This document shows positions 30,357-40,611 of a stretch of DNA of 64,000 bases, piece after piece (positions within the stretch are counted from its first letter, which is position 1; each line of letters begins with the position of its first letter). This stretch comes from Parasphingorhabdus sp. (GTDB taxonomy: Bacteria > Pseudomonadota > Alphaproteobacteria > Sphingomonadales > Sphingomonadaceae): assembly GCA_036963725.1 (NCBI GenBank), contig JBALUX010000001.1:10349-74348 (forward strand), written 5' to 3'. Position numbers and translations under genes: made by a program. The notes under the pieces are model-generated. The model was not told the origin of the DNA and did not search any database. It saw nothing but the letters and a program-made list of their open reading frames with translations.

Positions 30357-33300
30357 TTCTGACAATAGCTTGACTGACCTTGGCGTAGGCGACACCAATC
30401 GCCGCGAAAAACTCATTTGGCTGCTCTTGGCGCTGATGGTGCTGACAGTCACTGTTTTCTGGCTTGGATCACGATACCCTGCCCTGAATGCCAAAGCGTT
30501 GACGGGCGCAGATACCAGCCTCGATGCCATTGGATTTGACATCTTGATGAGAGCCGAAGCAGGCGCATCAACATTGGAGCGTATTCTCGTCACCTCGATC
30601 AATTGGATGTACACGAATTGGCGCGGCATGGCCTTTGGCCTACTTTTTGGAACCTTGTTGATGAGCCTGCTTTCGCTGATGCGGGATATGCAGTTTAAAA
30701 GCTCCTATGCAAACGCATTGGCAGGTTTGATCATTGGTACTCCTTTGGGGGTTTGCGCTAATTGTGCCGCTCCCATCGCCAAAGGAATGTTGATGACGGG
30801 AAGCCGTCAGGAAACCGCCTTGGCAGCATTGTTAAGCTCACCCACGCTGAATGTCGTCGTTATCTCTATGGCCGTTGCCTTACTGCCATTTCACTTGGTG
30901 CTCTTGAAAATCACCTTTAGCATTCTTGCTATATTGCTGCTTGTTCCGATAGTCTGCCGGATAGTTCCCGCTGACAATATTGTGCAGGCACATCCAGCCG
31001 CAATGGAAGTGAATAGCTATTACAATCAAAGCAAGCGACATGGCCTGTCCTTTGCACTATTCAAACTGATATCAGATCATGGCGTCCGGTTATGCATACG
31101 GACCGTTCCTCTGATGATCCTAGCGGGCTTTTTGGGCGGCGCCGCGGTTACGGTATTGCCGCTTGATCAACTGGCCTCCATCTTGCCCGCTTCTGGTGGT
31201 AAGGCGTTCTGGTTGATATTACCGTTGCTGGCGTTGTTTGGCCTGTTCCTTCCTGTTCCCATTGCCTTTGACATCATCGTTACGGCTATCTTGCTACAAG
31301 CCGGGTTGCATCCTGCTTATGCTGCTGTGCTCTTGCTTACACTTGGTATTTTCAGCATTTACCCATATACGTTATTATATGCCAGCGGAGCCGGGAAAGC
31401 GGCAAGTTATCTGACAATCGGACTCTTGGGACTGGCGGTTGTCGGAGGCATATTTGCTTATGTGCATGATCACTATCTGGAAATCACACAACAAAACGCC
31501 CGCCGCGATCTGATCGCGTCTCAGACAGCGCCTTTTCCACTGCCAGTCCATTCCATCCGGCAAAATAGCAACAGTCTCACAAGCTTGTCAGGCATGATTA
31601 GTGAACAGAGACGCCCGTGGGAGGCTTTGGAAACCCAAGCTGCCCTTAAGATCGCCCGCAGACCATTTCAGAAGCGCAATGATTGGGCTTCCGCAGATCA
31701 AACAATGGCATTTGAAATTTCGGATGGTCGGAAATACGGAATCGCAGAACCGCTTAACTATCTGCCATTGAAATTGTCATTGCGCATGGGTGAATTTCGC
31801 GGTCTGGCCGCTGGAGACATCCACCGTGATGGATGGCCCGACATCGTATTTTCGTCACATGATGGGGTGGGTCTATATGCCAATCGTGGCGGCACTGGTT
31901 TTGTAGAGCAGCGTGTTGATATCGGCCTGTCACCGCAAAGCTATGTAGGCTCGGTTGCACTTGTCGATATCGACGATGATGGCTGGCTCGACATGGTGGT
32001 CTCCACCTTGGACCATGGAGTTTTTATTGCAATAAACGACAATGGCGATTTTACAGTTGATGGCACATATCGCCTACTCAATAGCAATCAAAAGAGTGTC
32101 GCCAACGCGATGGCCTTTGCGGATATTGATCGCAATGGTGAGATCGACATTTATTTGGGGAATGTAGGTCGGCATATCCGTCAAGCCGAGCAATCCTATG
32201 CTGAAGCGCAAAATATTTTGCTCTTGCAAAAAAACGGAAAATTTGAACGTCATCTTCTATCGGAAATCCCAGCCGAAACTCTCTCTGTTTTAATCGCAGA
32301 CATTGCGGGTAGCGACCTGCCAGATATTTTCGTCGGAAATGATTTTGAACCATCGGATGAAATATATGTGAATAGCGGAAGCAAGAAATTTGCAAAGACC
32401 GGTCGCTCCGGCGATATCATTCCTCAAGGCGGCCTCACCACGATGAGCATCACAAGCGCCGACATCGACAATGACCTGGAGCCAGAAATATACTTGGCCC
32501 AGAAGAACATGACAAACGCCATCCGGGATATTGATCCGAAGACATTGTGCGGCGAAATCGCGAATATGCGGGAACGTGCTGGCTGCGAGCAATACCAATT
32601 TCTCGTCTCTGTCCGGCAAGAGGGAGAACGAGAACGCAATTTGCGGGCCTGTGATGTGATAATCGACATGCGTTTGCGTTATGGATGCTATGCGCTTTTG
32701 GTGAAACGTATGGCTGCGATAAATAACGCGCCAGATCAGTGCGACATTATTAAAAAATCATGGCCGATTATAGCGACAGAATGCCTGGCCTTTTTCGCAC
32801 CGCTGCGAAAAGGGAAGCAAGCGCTGATCTCAGCTCAGATGACATCGAAGGCGGGCGTCAATATGCTATATAAACGCAATCGGGACGGAAGCTATGATGA
32901 TGTTGCTGAAGGTGCTGGGCTAACGGATGGCGGCTGGTCATGGAATGCCAAATTTGGAGATCTTGATAATGATGGCTGGCAGGACTTGTTCATCGCCGCT
33001 GGCGATCCGTCTGTGCAGAATTATCATCCCTTTTTCCTGTACCGGAACACAGGAGTAGGAAGCTTTGACAATGTGACTAAATTAGCTGGCTTCAATTCGC
33101 TTCGCAGCTTTTTGGCGTATAGCTATATCGACATGGATGGAGATGGCGATCTTGATATCATTGCTGTTCCTGGGCTTGGCAATCCGCAAGTCTTCGTCAA
33201 CAAGTCCAAGCCAGCTAACTCGATCCAATTCGAGCTATCAGATTCCACGGGAAACAGTCAGGGATTAGGCAGCCGTATTATTGTAGAATATGATGGGGGG

Positions 33301-33489
33301 CATCAAATGCGCGATATCTCTGCAAGTGGTGGGTATCTCTCTTTTGATCCTCCCGTCGCGCATTTCGGCCTAGGCCAGCGAAAGGGTATCGATCGCATCA
33401 AGATCATCTGGTCCACAGGAGAGGTGCAGATGTTGGAGGGTCCATTTGCGGCGGGGTTCTCCTATCGGATATCCCGTTCTAAACGATAA
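30349..33489 (+). CDS. Fusion of a DUF318/ArsP-like permease with FG-GAP/ASPIC-UnbV (CRTAC1-like) domains
   Basis: N-terminal TMs with GTPLGVCANCAAPIA and SSPTLN; repeated DxDxDGxxD motifs; C-terminal GGYLSFD...HFGLG...IIWSTG; TTG start inferred from overlap with upstream stop. Confidence 0.8.
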   Translation: MLSSDNSLTDLGVGDTNRREKLIWLLLALMVLTVTVFWLGSRYPALNAKALTGADTSLDAIGFDILMRAEAGASTLERILVTSINWMYTNWRGMAFGLLFGTLLMSLLSLMRDMQFKSSYANALAGLIIGTPLGVCANCAAPIAKGMLMTGSRQETALAALLSSPTLNVVVISMAVALLPFHLVLLKITFSILAILLLVPIVCRIVPADNIVQAHPAAMEVNSYYNQSKRHGLSFALFKLISDHGVRLCIRTVPLMILAGFLGGAAVTVLPLDQLASILPASGGKAFWLILPLLALFGLFLPVPIAFDIIVTAILLQAGLHPAYAAVLLLTLGIFSIYPYTLLYASGAGKAASYLTIGLLGLAVVGGIFAYVHDHYLEITQQNARRDLIASQTAPFPLPVHSIRQNSNSLTSLSGMISEQRRPWEALETQAALKIARRPFQKRNDWASADQTMAFEISDGRKYGIAEPLNYLPLKLSLRMGEFRGLAAGDIHRDGWPDIVFSSHDGVGLYANRGGTGFVEQRVDIGLSPQSYVGSVALVDIDDDGWLDMVVSTLDHGVFIAINDNGDFTVDGTYRLLNSNQKSVANAMAFADIDRNGEIDIYLGNVGRHIRQAEQSYAEAQNILLLQKNGKFERHLLSEIPAETLSVLIADIAGSDLPDIFVGNDFEPSDEIYVNSGSKKFAKTGRSGDIIPQGGLTTMSITSADIDNDLEPEIYLAQKNMTNAIRDIDPKTLCGEIANMRERAGCEQYQFLVSVRQEGERERNLRACDVIIDMRLRYGCYALLVKRMAAINNAPDQCDIIKKSWPIIATECLAFFAPLRKGKQALISAQMTSKAGVNMLYKRNRDGSYDDVAEGAGLTDGGWSWNAKFGDLDNDGWQDLFIAAGDPSVQNYHPFFLYRNTGVGSFDNVTKLAGFNSLRSFLAYSYIDMDGDGDLDIIAVPGLGNPQVFVNKSKPANSIQFELSDSTGNSQGLGSRIIVEYDGGHQMRDISASGGYLSFDPPVAHFGLGQRKGIDRIKIIWSTGEVQMLEGPFAAGFSYRISRSKR

Positions 33490-33501
33490 GAGATTCTCGT
33501 C

Positions 33502-33951
33502 TTACTGACTCCAAATCTCGCGCGTGACATTATGATATTCATCTGCAATATGCTTCCGGTCGTTAACGGTCAGGCCGTCAACTTCCACCCAAGCATGGCC
33601 CTCTAATTTCTGCTTATCAAAACGTAGCCCTCTACATAATATCGCATCGATATCATTGTTATTTAAGAGCCACCATAACAGCATAGAACTGCGCAAGCAG
33701 GCTTTCTCTCGATCAATAATCGCAAATGTCGCAGCATTGACCATTCTGCCAAGCTCGGCTGGTGACATATGGGTCAGATTATATTTTGGTGGAGGCTTCT
33801 TTTTTAGAAGCTCAAGCATTTTTGCATAGCCTTTGAAGCGCAAAAAATAATGTATCTTCCCGCTGGCCCAGAATAGCCAAAATAGAAGCTTTTTCTCTCT
33901 ATATTCGAGTCTTAAAAACTTGGAAAATTTGTTCGAGGCTGGCATGGCCAC
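33502..33951 (-). CDS. Lasso peptide leader peptidase B2 (transglutaminase-like)
   Basis: CLRSS, GLR, GHAWVE, VND (Cys-His-Asp). Confidence 0.9.
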   Translation of the reverse strand: MAMPASNKFSKFLRLEYREKKLLFWLFWASGKIHYFLRFKGYAKMLELLKKKPPPKYNLTHMSPAELGRMVNAATFAIIDREKACLRSSMLLWWLLNNNDIDAILCRGLRFDKQKLEGHAWVEVDGLTVNDRKHIADEYHNVTREIWSQ

Positions 33952-33974
33952 GGCATTACCAAGATTTTATAAAA

Positions 33975-34583
33975 ATGAAAGGGCAGCAATTCGTTGTGAA
34001 TGTAGACAATATACTGCCTGTCCATATAGTATGGGACAAATTTCTCCCTGATGATCAAAATCGCAAATGCTTGGATATGTTCCTGGAAAAGGAAACAGAA
34101 TTCGTGGCCAGTAAGGTGAATCACGGACAGTTGGATGGCGAGCGACGTCGGTCCAAATCTTATACTACATCATCCGATGTGAAATCACTGTTAAAAGCCG
34201 CGCTCCAGCCTAGGCTCCCCGAGTTATTTTCCGGTCTGCGAACTGGCCAACCAGAAAAGCCCAAGTTCGAATTCCAGAGTGTTGCCCATCAAGACGGTGA
34301 TTATTATCGGGTTCATATTGATACCGCCATGCGCCAAACAGGGGCTCGCCGATTGATCAGCTGCGTTTATTACCTGCACAGCCATCCAAAAGCTTTTTCA
34401 GGTGGGCATCTTCGGCTTTATTCCATCAACGGAAAAACGCATGTCGATATAGAGCCCCAAAATAACCAGATCATTTTCTTTCCATCGTTTTACCCCCATG
34501 AAGTTCTGCCAACCTGTGTGGGTTCAAAATTGTTTGCGCATAGCCGTTTTTCTATTGCCGGATGGATAAATAAGCATCTCTAA
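33975..34583 (+). CDS. 2OG-Fe(II) oxygenase (prolyl-4-hydroxylase-like)
   Basis: YRVHID, ISCVYYLH, FSGGHL, FFPS..PHEV, RFSI. Confidence 0.88.
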   Translation: MKGQQFVVNVDNILPVHIVWDKFLPDDQNRKCLDMFLEKETEFVASKVNHGQLDGERRRSKSYTTSSDVKSLLKAALQPRLPELFSGLRTGQPEKPKFEFQSVAHQDGDYYRVHIDTAMRQTGARRLISCVYYLHSHPKAFSGGHLRLYSINGKTHVDIEPQNNQIIFFPSFYPHEVLPTCVGSKLFAHSRFSIAGWINKHL

Positions 34584-34963
34584 GAACGGTCGGCGGCTTC
34601 CGGTAATGAAATTTTATCCGCAGCACCAAAGGCCCTTATCAGGCCATTATATACTACCTGTTGCCGAGATATCCGTTTTGAGCTTATCTCTCTCGATAAT
34701 ATACAATGATCTTTCAATTTGTGCGTTTGATCAAGTTCACTGGCATCTGCCTATTCACGCACCAAGTCCCGCATCACATTTTTGGACATTCGAGCGGCCG
34801 TAATCTACATGCCACGGGGTGCCAGTGGGGTATCGAATGCCTGCATTTGCTTGATTGGACCTGAGACAGCCTGCGACAACTTGGAATCTCAGAGAGATTC
34901 CAATTCAATCAATCATGGACAATATGGTTCTCGTTACAAACACTTGCAATGACGCCTAGCCGC

Positions 34964-35010
34964 ACTTTTAATCAGTAGGTCGCTGGTTCGAACCCAGCAG
35001 GGCTCACCAT
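34964..35010 (+). repeat. att-like direct repeat: 3' 47 bp of tRNA-Lys
   Basis: Identical to 22199-22245. Confidence 0.95.
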
Positions 35011-35360
35011 AGCTTGCAATCACTTATGAGTGGTAAGAAGCTCTCGAAAATGACGAGCATAATGTGGGCAGATTGATGATATTTGTTGGCTGCCATTACC
35101 GTCATCGATGACCGGTATATTCTTTATTTCGATTGCTCACGGTAAGTCCCGATCAAGTGCAAGAGCTGCGTGAAGCCTCTTGATCTTACACCCGTTGTTA
35201 TATTGCGCCTGACCGTTCAAATGCGGAATTGAAGTCGCCCTCCCCACAGCAAAAAACCAAATTATCTGAAGTAATTAATAGTCTGCGGACAAAGTACGAT
35301 TTTGAAACGCACCATTAACCTTATTGGTCTAGACCACCGGCAAAGGGGCATAGAGGGCCA

Positions 35361-36590
35361 ATGCAAACGCAAATTCTTGGACTGGTGACACCGCTGATGG
35401 TGTTATTTTTCGCGGCGACATTCGCGATGCTCTGGCGCGTAGGCCGGATGAAGCGTCACGTGCTCGGCTACGGCATTGCCTTTACCCTTTCCGCCGCAGG
35501 CTTTCTGATCACCCATTTGCTGCCGGCTGATGCTTTCTATCTCTTTCATACGACACAATTGCTCTACTCGCTAGGCACGACAGTGATGCTGGCATCGGTC
35601 TGCGAGCGCGTGGGGCTACGGCTTCATCTTGGAAGCATGGCGGTCGTTTACCTGATTAGCGCATTGGTGCTGACAGTGGCTGTAAGTTTTTCCAACGAAG
35701 TCTCTTCGCGGCTGGTCATCGTCAATATGGGCTACGGTGTCATGTTCGCCATGGGCGTTACGACGCTCCTCAGCGCGCGGGGCCGCAGCTTGATCGATGT
35801 CGCGATCATCGCGGTCATGGCGCTTCATGCCGTCGATTTCCTCGTCAGGCCAACCTTGACCCTGTTGTTCGAGCAAGCGATTCCGGCCGAGATCTATCGG
35901 GACTCTATCTACTATTCCCTGATCGGACTTGTGCTCGGGGTGAAAGGCGTGACCACTGCGACAGTCCTGATCGGCGCGACAATCTCCGAATGGACGACCT
36001 CGCTGCGGGAAAGCAGTGAGCGCGATGCTCTCAGCGGCCTGTGCAACCGGGGTGCGTTTGAAGAATCGATGCGGAATCTTCTCCCCCGTGCGCAGACGGA
36101 AGGCCGCCCGCTCAGCCTGGTGGTGGTCGATATCGACCACTTCAAGAAAGTGAACGACATTTGGGGGCACCAGGCGGGCGACCAGGCGATCGCGGGCATT
36201 GGCAAACTCATTCGAAAGATGGTGCGTGGATGCGACACGGCCGGTCGTATCGGCGGGGAGGAATTCTGCATCGCGATCTGGAATTGCCCCAACAATGCTG
36301 CCGAGCAGTTGGCTGACCGGATCCGACAGGCCTTCGAAAGCCTCAAGCATACAGGCCTCAGCAATGATGTCCGTCTGACTGCGAGTTTCGGCGTAGCCAC
36401 AGCGCGTGACGGCGAAACCTACGAGCAGATGTTCGGACGAGCCGATGCTGCGCTCTACAGGGCCAAGTCGAGTGGCCGGAACCGTGTCGAGAATGCCGAG
36501 GAACGCCACGTGGAAGAAGATTGCCCGCTGGAAGAGCCCGCACCCGAACCAAAATCAGAACTGATCGAATTTAAACGCGCCCTGGGCTGA
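35361..36590 (+). CDS. Membrane-bound diguanylate cyclase (GGEEF)
   Basis: About 7 TMs, DIDHFKKVND, RGCD I-site, RIGGEEF, AKSSGRNRV. Confidence 0.9.
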   Translation: MQTQILGLVTPLMVLFFAATFAMLWRVGRMKRHVLGYGIAFTLSAAGFLITHLLPADAFYLFHTTQLLYSLGTTVMLASVCERVGLRLHLGSMAVVYLISALVLTVAVSFSNEVSSRLVIVNMGYGVMFAMGVTTLLSARGRSLIDVAIIAVMALHAVDFLVRPTLTLLFEQAIPAEIYRDSIYYSLIGLVLGVKGVTTATVLIGATISEWTTSLRESSERDALSGLCNRGAFEESMRNLLPRAQTEGRPLSLVVVDIDHFKKVNDIWGHQAGDQAIAGIGKLIRKMVRGCDTAGRIGGEEFCIAIWNCPNNAAEQLADRIRQAFESLKHTGLSNDVRLTASFGVATARDGETYEQMFGRADAALYRAKSSGRNRVENAEERHVEEDCPLEEPAPEPKSELIEFKRALG

Positions 36591-36813
36591 GCGATCGTCC
36601 GCTGGACACTGCTCGACAGCCTGCCTGAACGGCTGCGCATACACAATATAACCTAGCGCGCGCCGCGCCGTCGCTCCGTGCAAATGCTCTGGCCCGGCTT
36701 ACATCATGTCTATGGATATTCTGTGCACTCGAACGGAGCGCTGACGAAGCTCCGGAAGGTGATATGATCGCACCGGATTTAATCAAAGATATTTCGCCCG
36801 AGGTGGGAGAGCG

Positions 36814-39800
36814 TCAGCCAGTCTTGCGATCTGCTCCGGCTGCGACCTGCTGATCAAGCCTTTCCAGCTCTTCCAGAATCCATGGAGTCACATCGCGATG
36901 TGCGTTTCTGCCGACGAACAGATCCATATGGCCGTAATCGGGAATGATCCGCTGGCGGTACAGGGATTTGCCGTTGTGCTCCGACAGCCACGCCCGCGTG
37001 CGCTGTCCGCTTTCCGGATAGAAAATCTGGTTGGTAGCCCCCGAGAGAAAGCTTATGGGCAAGGCCAGACGGCGCGCGGCGTCGTCATCGGTGTAGGCCG
37101 GCTTGCCATCCGCATCGACGGCCAGCCCCTTGCGCATGATCTCCTGCAATTGCTTGAATGGTGACAGTGGGACGCGGCTGAACATGCTGCCCAGCGCCAG
37201 ATGCGTGTCATGACCGAGCTGGCGATGGTCCCAGCTTGGGCCAAAGACACCAAAAACACGGCGGCACGTCGGGTTCTTGCATGCCTGGCCTTCAGGAACG
37301 GGCATCTGATAGGCGACCGCATCGATTTCGTTGTCGGTCTCTGTGCCCTGGCTGACGAAATCGATATGTCCGTCGAGCAGCGAAATCTCGCCGAGCATGC
37401 CCGCTACGCCCAGATCAGCTTTCATATAGTTCAGCCAATCGGTCACAGGATGCAGGGTGAGCTGCGAAGCGATAAGCGAGCGGACGTGCGTTACCCAGCC
37501 TCCGCTTATGCCCATCAACAGGCTCATCGAACCGACACAATGCGCCAATGCCTGGACACTATCGGACCCGGTCACCGAACGTATTGTCGCGATCGCCGCA
37601 GGCCAGTCGTGGCGGGCTATATCATCGATAGTGAATTCGGGAGGATGCTCGGTATCATTGCCCGAGTCCGCGCTGGCGCGATAGTCGAACAGCCATACAT
37701 CATAACCTTGCGCAACAAGGCTCTCTGTGAGATTCTCGTCAACTGTCGGAGTGGCGAAGCTCGACGCACGCACGGAAAATCCCGGTGCCAGCACCAGCGG
37801 ACCTCGTGATCCACCGCGATAGCGGGTCAGGCCGATATTTACGCCGTCACCGGTTGCAACAATATGGCGCTCGGGTGGCGGCAGGTGCATGGTCCGCGAC
37901 AACAAGAATTCAGCGTCCTTGCTCGCAAAATCGTTGAGCGTCGCCAGCATACCGCCATAGGCGCGGAACACGGTCATCGCAAAGAAACCCGCAAATTTGG
38001 CGACGAAATAGGCTTCTATGGCCTTGCGGGCGCGGGGGATGAGATTGATCACATGGCCGACCAACGTGTCCGCATCATGGACAGTGATCGTGTTCAATTG
38101 CCGCATGAACTCGTCAATTCCGAGCTTCAACACACCGCGCCCTATCAACTCGCCATCCGCGTCTTCGCCGCGGCGGAGAGTGACAAACAGTGTCGTCAGG
38201 TCGGTCCAGGGATCCGACTTTCCGCGCTGCTCCAATGTCTTGAAACCGTGGAAATGGATCGGACCATCTGGTCCGTCGAGTATCATGTCATAGAGCATTT
38301 TCCAGCTCTCCGCCTTGTCCGGATTGGCAATGAGCAGGCGAAAAGTCCCTTCACGCACCGGCAACGGATCCGGCGAGATTGCGCTAACCAGCACTTCTCC
38401 CGTTATCTCTGAACGGTGCTGCGGGTCGTCGATCATGCGGTGGAGATTGTCAGTCGTGACCGTCAGCCGGAAGCTGCAGGCACCGCCTTCCGCCTGCCCC
38501 CAGGCCGCGCCGTTGACGTAATCGTCGCGAATTCGTTCGGCATGTCCGCAGGGAAGATGGTGACAACCGGTGGCGCTGATTTGGCCCGCCATGGTCTCGG
38601 TGAAGGCCAGGCCCGGGCTCATGGCTTCGGGATGTTCCTTGACCAGCTTGCGGATAGCAGCCTTGCCGTCATCGATGGCGCCGCTTTCGAAATGCCTGGA
38701 TGCTTCGGCAACCGCATCGGCAACCGGACCCATGGCATAGCCACCCACCCATTTGGCGATGGACAGCTTCAGACTGTCACCATGCGGAACCAATTGTGGC
38801 TCAGCAGCCACATGGTCTTCCACAGGCGTCTCCTGCGCCAGCGGTGTTTCCTCGCCTAGCGCATAGTCGATGGTCCAACCCTGGCGTAGAGCCAGCTTTT
38901 CCACCGCGCGTTCGGCCACGGCTGTGATCGTCAGCAACGGATTGACCCCAACGGCCGCGGGGAGCGCGGCGCCGTCACACACGTAAAGGCCCGGATGGAC
39001 GTCAGTGCCCCTGGTGCCCGCGAAGACACGGCAGCTGTCGTCGACAACTCCGGACATTGCATCGTCGCCCATGCCGCATCCGCCGATCGGATGCACTGTG
39101 ATCAACTTATTGCCCATCGGTTCGGACCAGAGCGGGTCGGAGAAATATTGCGCCTCGATCGCCTCGGCCGCCTCGCGCATCTTGTCATCATCCCGGCGGA
39201 AGGTTCGCTGTTCGCCTGCCTTGGACCAATGAATGACTAAGCGGTCATCCTCGAGGGCCAGGCCGCCACCACTATCATCCACGCTCATCACCAGATAGGT
39301 CTGGGTGCGCGCCATGGGACCTTTATAGGCCCACTCGGCGATACTGGCGGGATCGGTCTGGACCGCCTCGCCCATTGCCTTGGCATCAAGCAGACGCGGT
39401 TTGATCTGGTCAAAGCCAAAACGGGTAAAACCGTCCGCCAGCGCTTCACCGAAGAAAAAAACCGGGCCCAATGCGGCTGCAAGGATACCGGGAACCACGC
39501 CTTCCTCGATTACCAACCCCTTGGCGGGATCGTCATTGTCGCGCATGTCGATGACACCGGTAATGCATGGGCCGGGATATGCTTCTGCTTTGGCATCCGA
39601 TGTGCCAACGCCCATTGCATAAATCGGGCCCGCTGTAATGCTGTCGCCGTCCTTCTCGGACTTGAAGTAGCTGTCATAGGCGAAGCCGAGTGCATCGCCA
39701 TTGCCCGAGAAACCTGCTCCGAGCCGGTCGGAAAGAGACAGCCCCTTTGCTCGCGACCGCAACAGGATTTCGGTAGAGCCGAGCGAACCTGCGCCAAGAA

Positions 39801-40611
39801 CGACATGGTCTGCGGTAATGCTCAGTGGCGTATCAGGAACGTCCTCACCATTATGCTCGACGTGCACGCGCCAGACATCTCCATCGCGCTCGATCCATAG
39901 CACCTTGGCTTGCGTGAAGATTTCCGCTCCGTGATTGACGGCATCGGGCAGGTAATTCATCAGCGTGGTGTTCTTGGCGCCAACATTGCAGCCCGAAACA
40001 CAGTCGCCACAATTGGTGCAGGCTGGCTGAGGCACGCCAAACTTGTTGGTCTTGTCCTCAAACGTCACATTGATCGGAGTCTTGTAGAAACGCTGGCCCA
40101 TGGCATCAGCCGAATGTTCCAGTGCTTCCAGCTTACCCAGTGTCGGGTGCGTGTCAGGATAGGCATTTGGCGAGAGCATCTCGCGCGCGCGCTCGTAATA
40201 TGGATCGATCATATGGGGATTGTCGCGGAAGGCGGCCGGCCATTGCGCCTGATTGAGCAGACGCTTGTCCACTTCTAGCGATACGTTCGCGTTGATCAGC
40301 GATGTACCACCAAGGCCGCATCCGACGAGCGCATATTGATCGTCGTTTACATGCACTTCGAACAGCGCATCCGGCGACCCGATCCGCCCGCCTTTGACGT
40401 TGAATTGCATGGCTCCCTGCGCATCCGACAATTTGTTCGGATATTCACCGGGAAGCATTTCCTTGCCTCGTTCCAGAATGCACACGTCCTGCCCTGCCCG
40501 CGCCAGCCGCGAGGCGGCGACACCGGCGCCATAACCCGAGCCGACGACGAGGACGGAATAATGCGACTTCGCCTGATCCAGGCTGCGTGCGATACGTTTC
40601 TGCATGGTCAT
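36814..40611 (-). CDS. Cholesterol-oxidase-like GMC oxidoreductase fused to an alpha/beta-hydrolase domain
   Basis: GSGYGAG, LGGTSLINAN, CTNCGDCVSGC, HPIGGC, GVNP; C-terminal GYDVWLFDYR, AHCVG, YGHMD. Confidence 0.85.
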   Translation of the reverse strand: MTMQKRIARSLDQAKSHYSVLVVGSGYGAGVAASRLARAGQDVCILERGKEMLPGEYPNKLSDAQGAMQFNVKGGRIGSPDALFEVHVNDDQYALVGCGLGGTSLINANVSLEVDKRLLNQAQWPAAFRDNPHMIDPYYERAREMLSPNAYPDTHPTLGKLEALEHSADAMGQRFYKTPINVTFEDKTNKFGVPQPACTNCGDCVSGCNVGAKNTTLMNYLPDAVNHGAEIFTQAKVLWIERDGDVWRVHVEHNGEDVPDTPLSITADHVVLGAGSLGSTEILLRSRAKGLSLSDRLGAGFSGNGDALGFAYDSYFKSEKDGDSITAGPIYAMGVGTSDAKAEAYPGPCITGVIDMRDNDDPAKGLVIEEGVVPGILAAALGPVFFFGEALADGFTRFGFDQIKPRLLDAKAMGEAVQTDPASIAEWAYKGPMARTQTYLVMSVDDSGGGLALEDDRLVIHWSKAGEQRTFRRDDDKMREAAEAIEAQYFSDPLWSEPMGNKLITVHPIGGCGMGDDAMSGVVDDSCRVFAGTRGTDVHPGLYVCDGAALPAAVGVNPLLTITAVAERAVEKLALRQGWTIDYALGEETPLAQETPVEDHVAAEPQLVPHGDSLKLSIAKWVGGYAMGPVADAVAEASRHFESGAIDDGKAAIRKLVKEHPEAMSPGLAFTETMAGQISATGCHHLPCGHAERIRDDYVNGAAWGQAEGGACSFRLTVTTDNLHRMIDDPQHRSEITGEVLVSAISPDPLPVREGTFRLLIANPDKAESWKMLYDMILDGPDGPIHFHGFKTLEQRGKSDPWTDLTTLFVTLRRGEDADGELIGRGVLKLGIDEFMRQLNTITVHDADTLVGHVINLIPRARKAIEAYFVAKFAGFFAMTVFRAYGGMLATLNDFASKDAEFLLSRTMHLPPPERHIVATGDGVNIGLTRYRGGSRGPLVLAPGFSVRASSFATPTVDENLTESLVAQGYDVWLFDYRASADSGNDTEHPPEFTIDDIARHDWPAAIATIRSVTGSDSVQALAHCVGSMSLLMGISGGWVTHVRSLIASQLTLHPVTDWLNYMKADLGVAGMLGEISLLDGHIDFVSQGTETDNEIDAVAYQMPVPEGQACKNPTCRRVFGVFGPSWDHRQLGHDTHLALGSMFSRVPLSPFKQLQEIMRKGLAVDADGKPAYTDDDAARRLALPISFLSGATNQIFYPESGQRTRAWLSEHNGKSLYRQRIIPDYGHMDLFVGRNAHRDVTPWILEELERLDQQVAAGADRKTG

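Larger units (their letters stand above)
22199..35010. mobile_element. Genomic island 1 integrated in tRNA-Lys (lasso peptide cluster; no integrase seen)
   Basis: 47-bp perfect direct repeat (22199-22245 = 34964-35010); visibly AT-richer interior; IS debris at left end. Confidence 0.85.

Noticed and set aside
34606-34803. Small ORF as second precursor or integrase remnant
   Set aside because: No leader motif, no suitably placed Asp/Glu core and no recognisable integrase residues.
34964-35010. Second tRNA-Lys gene
   Set aside because: Only the 3' 47 bp are present; the D-arm and 5' acceptor strand are missing.
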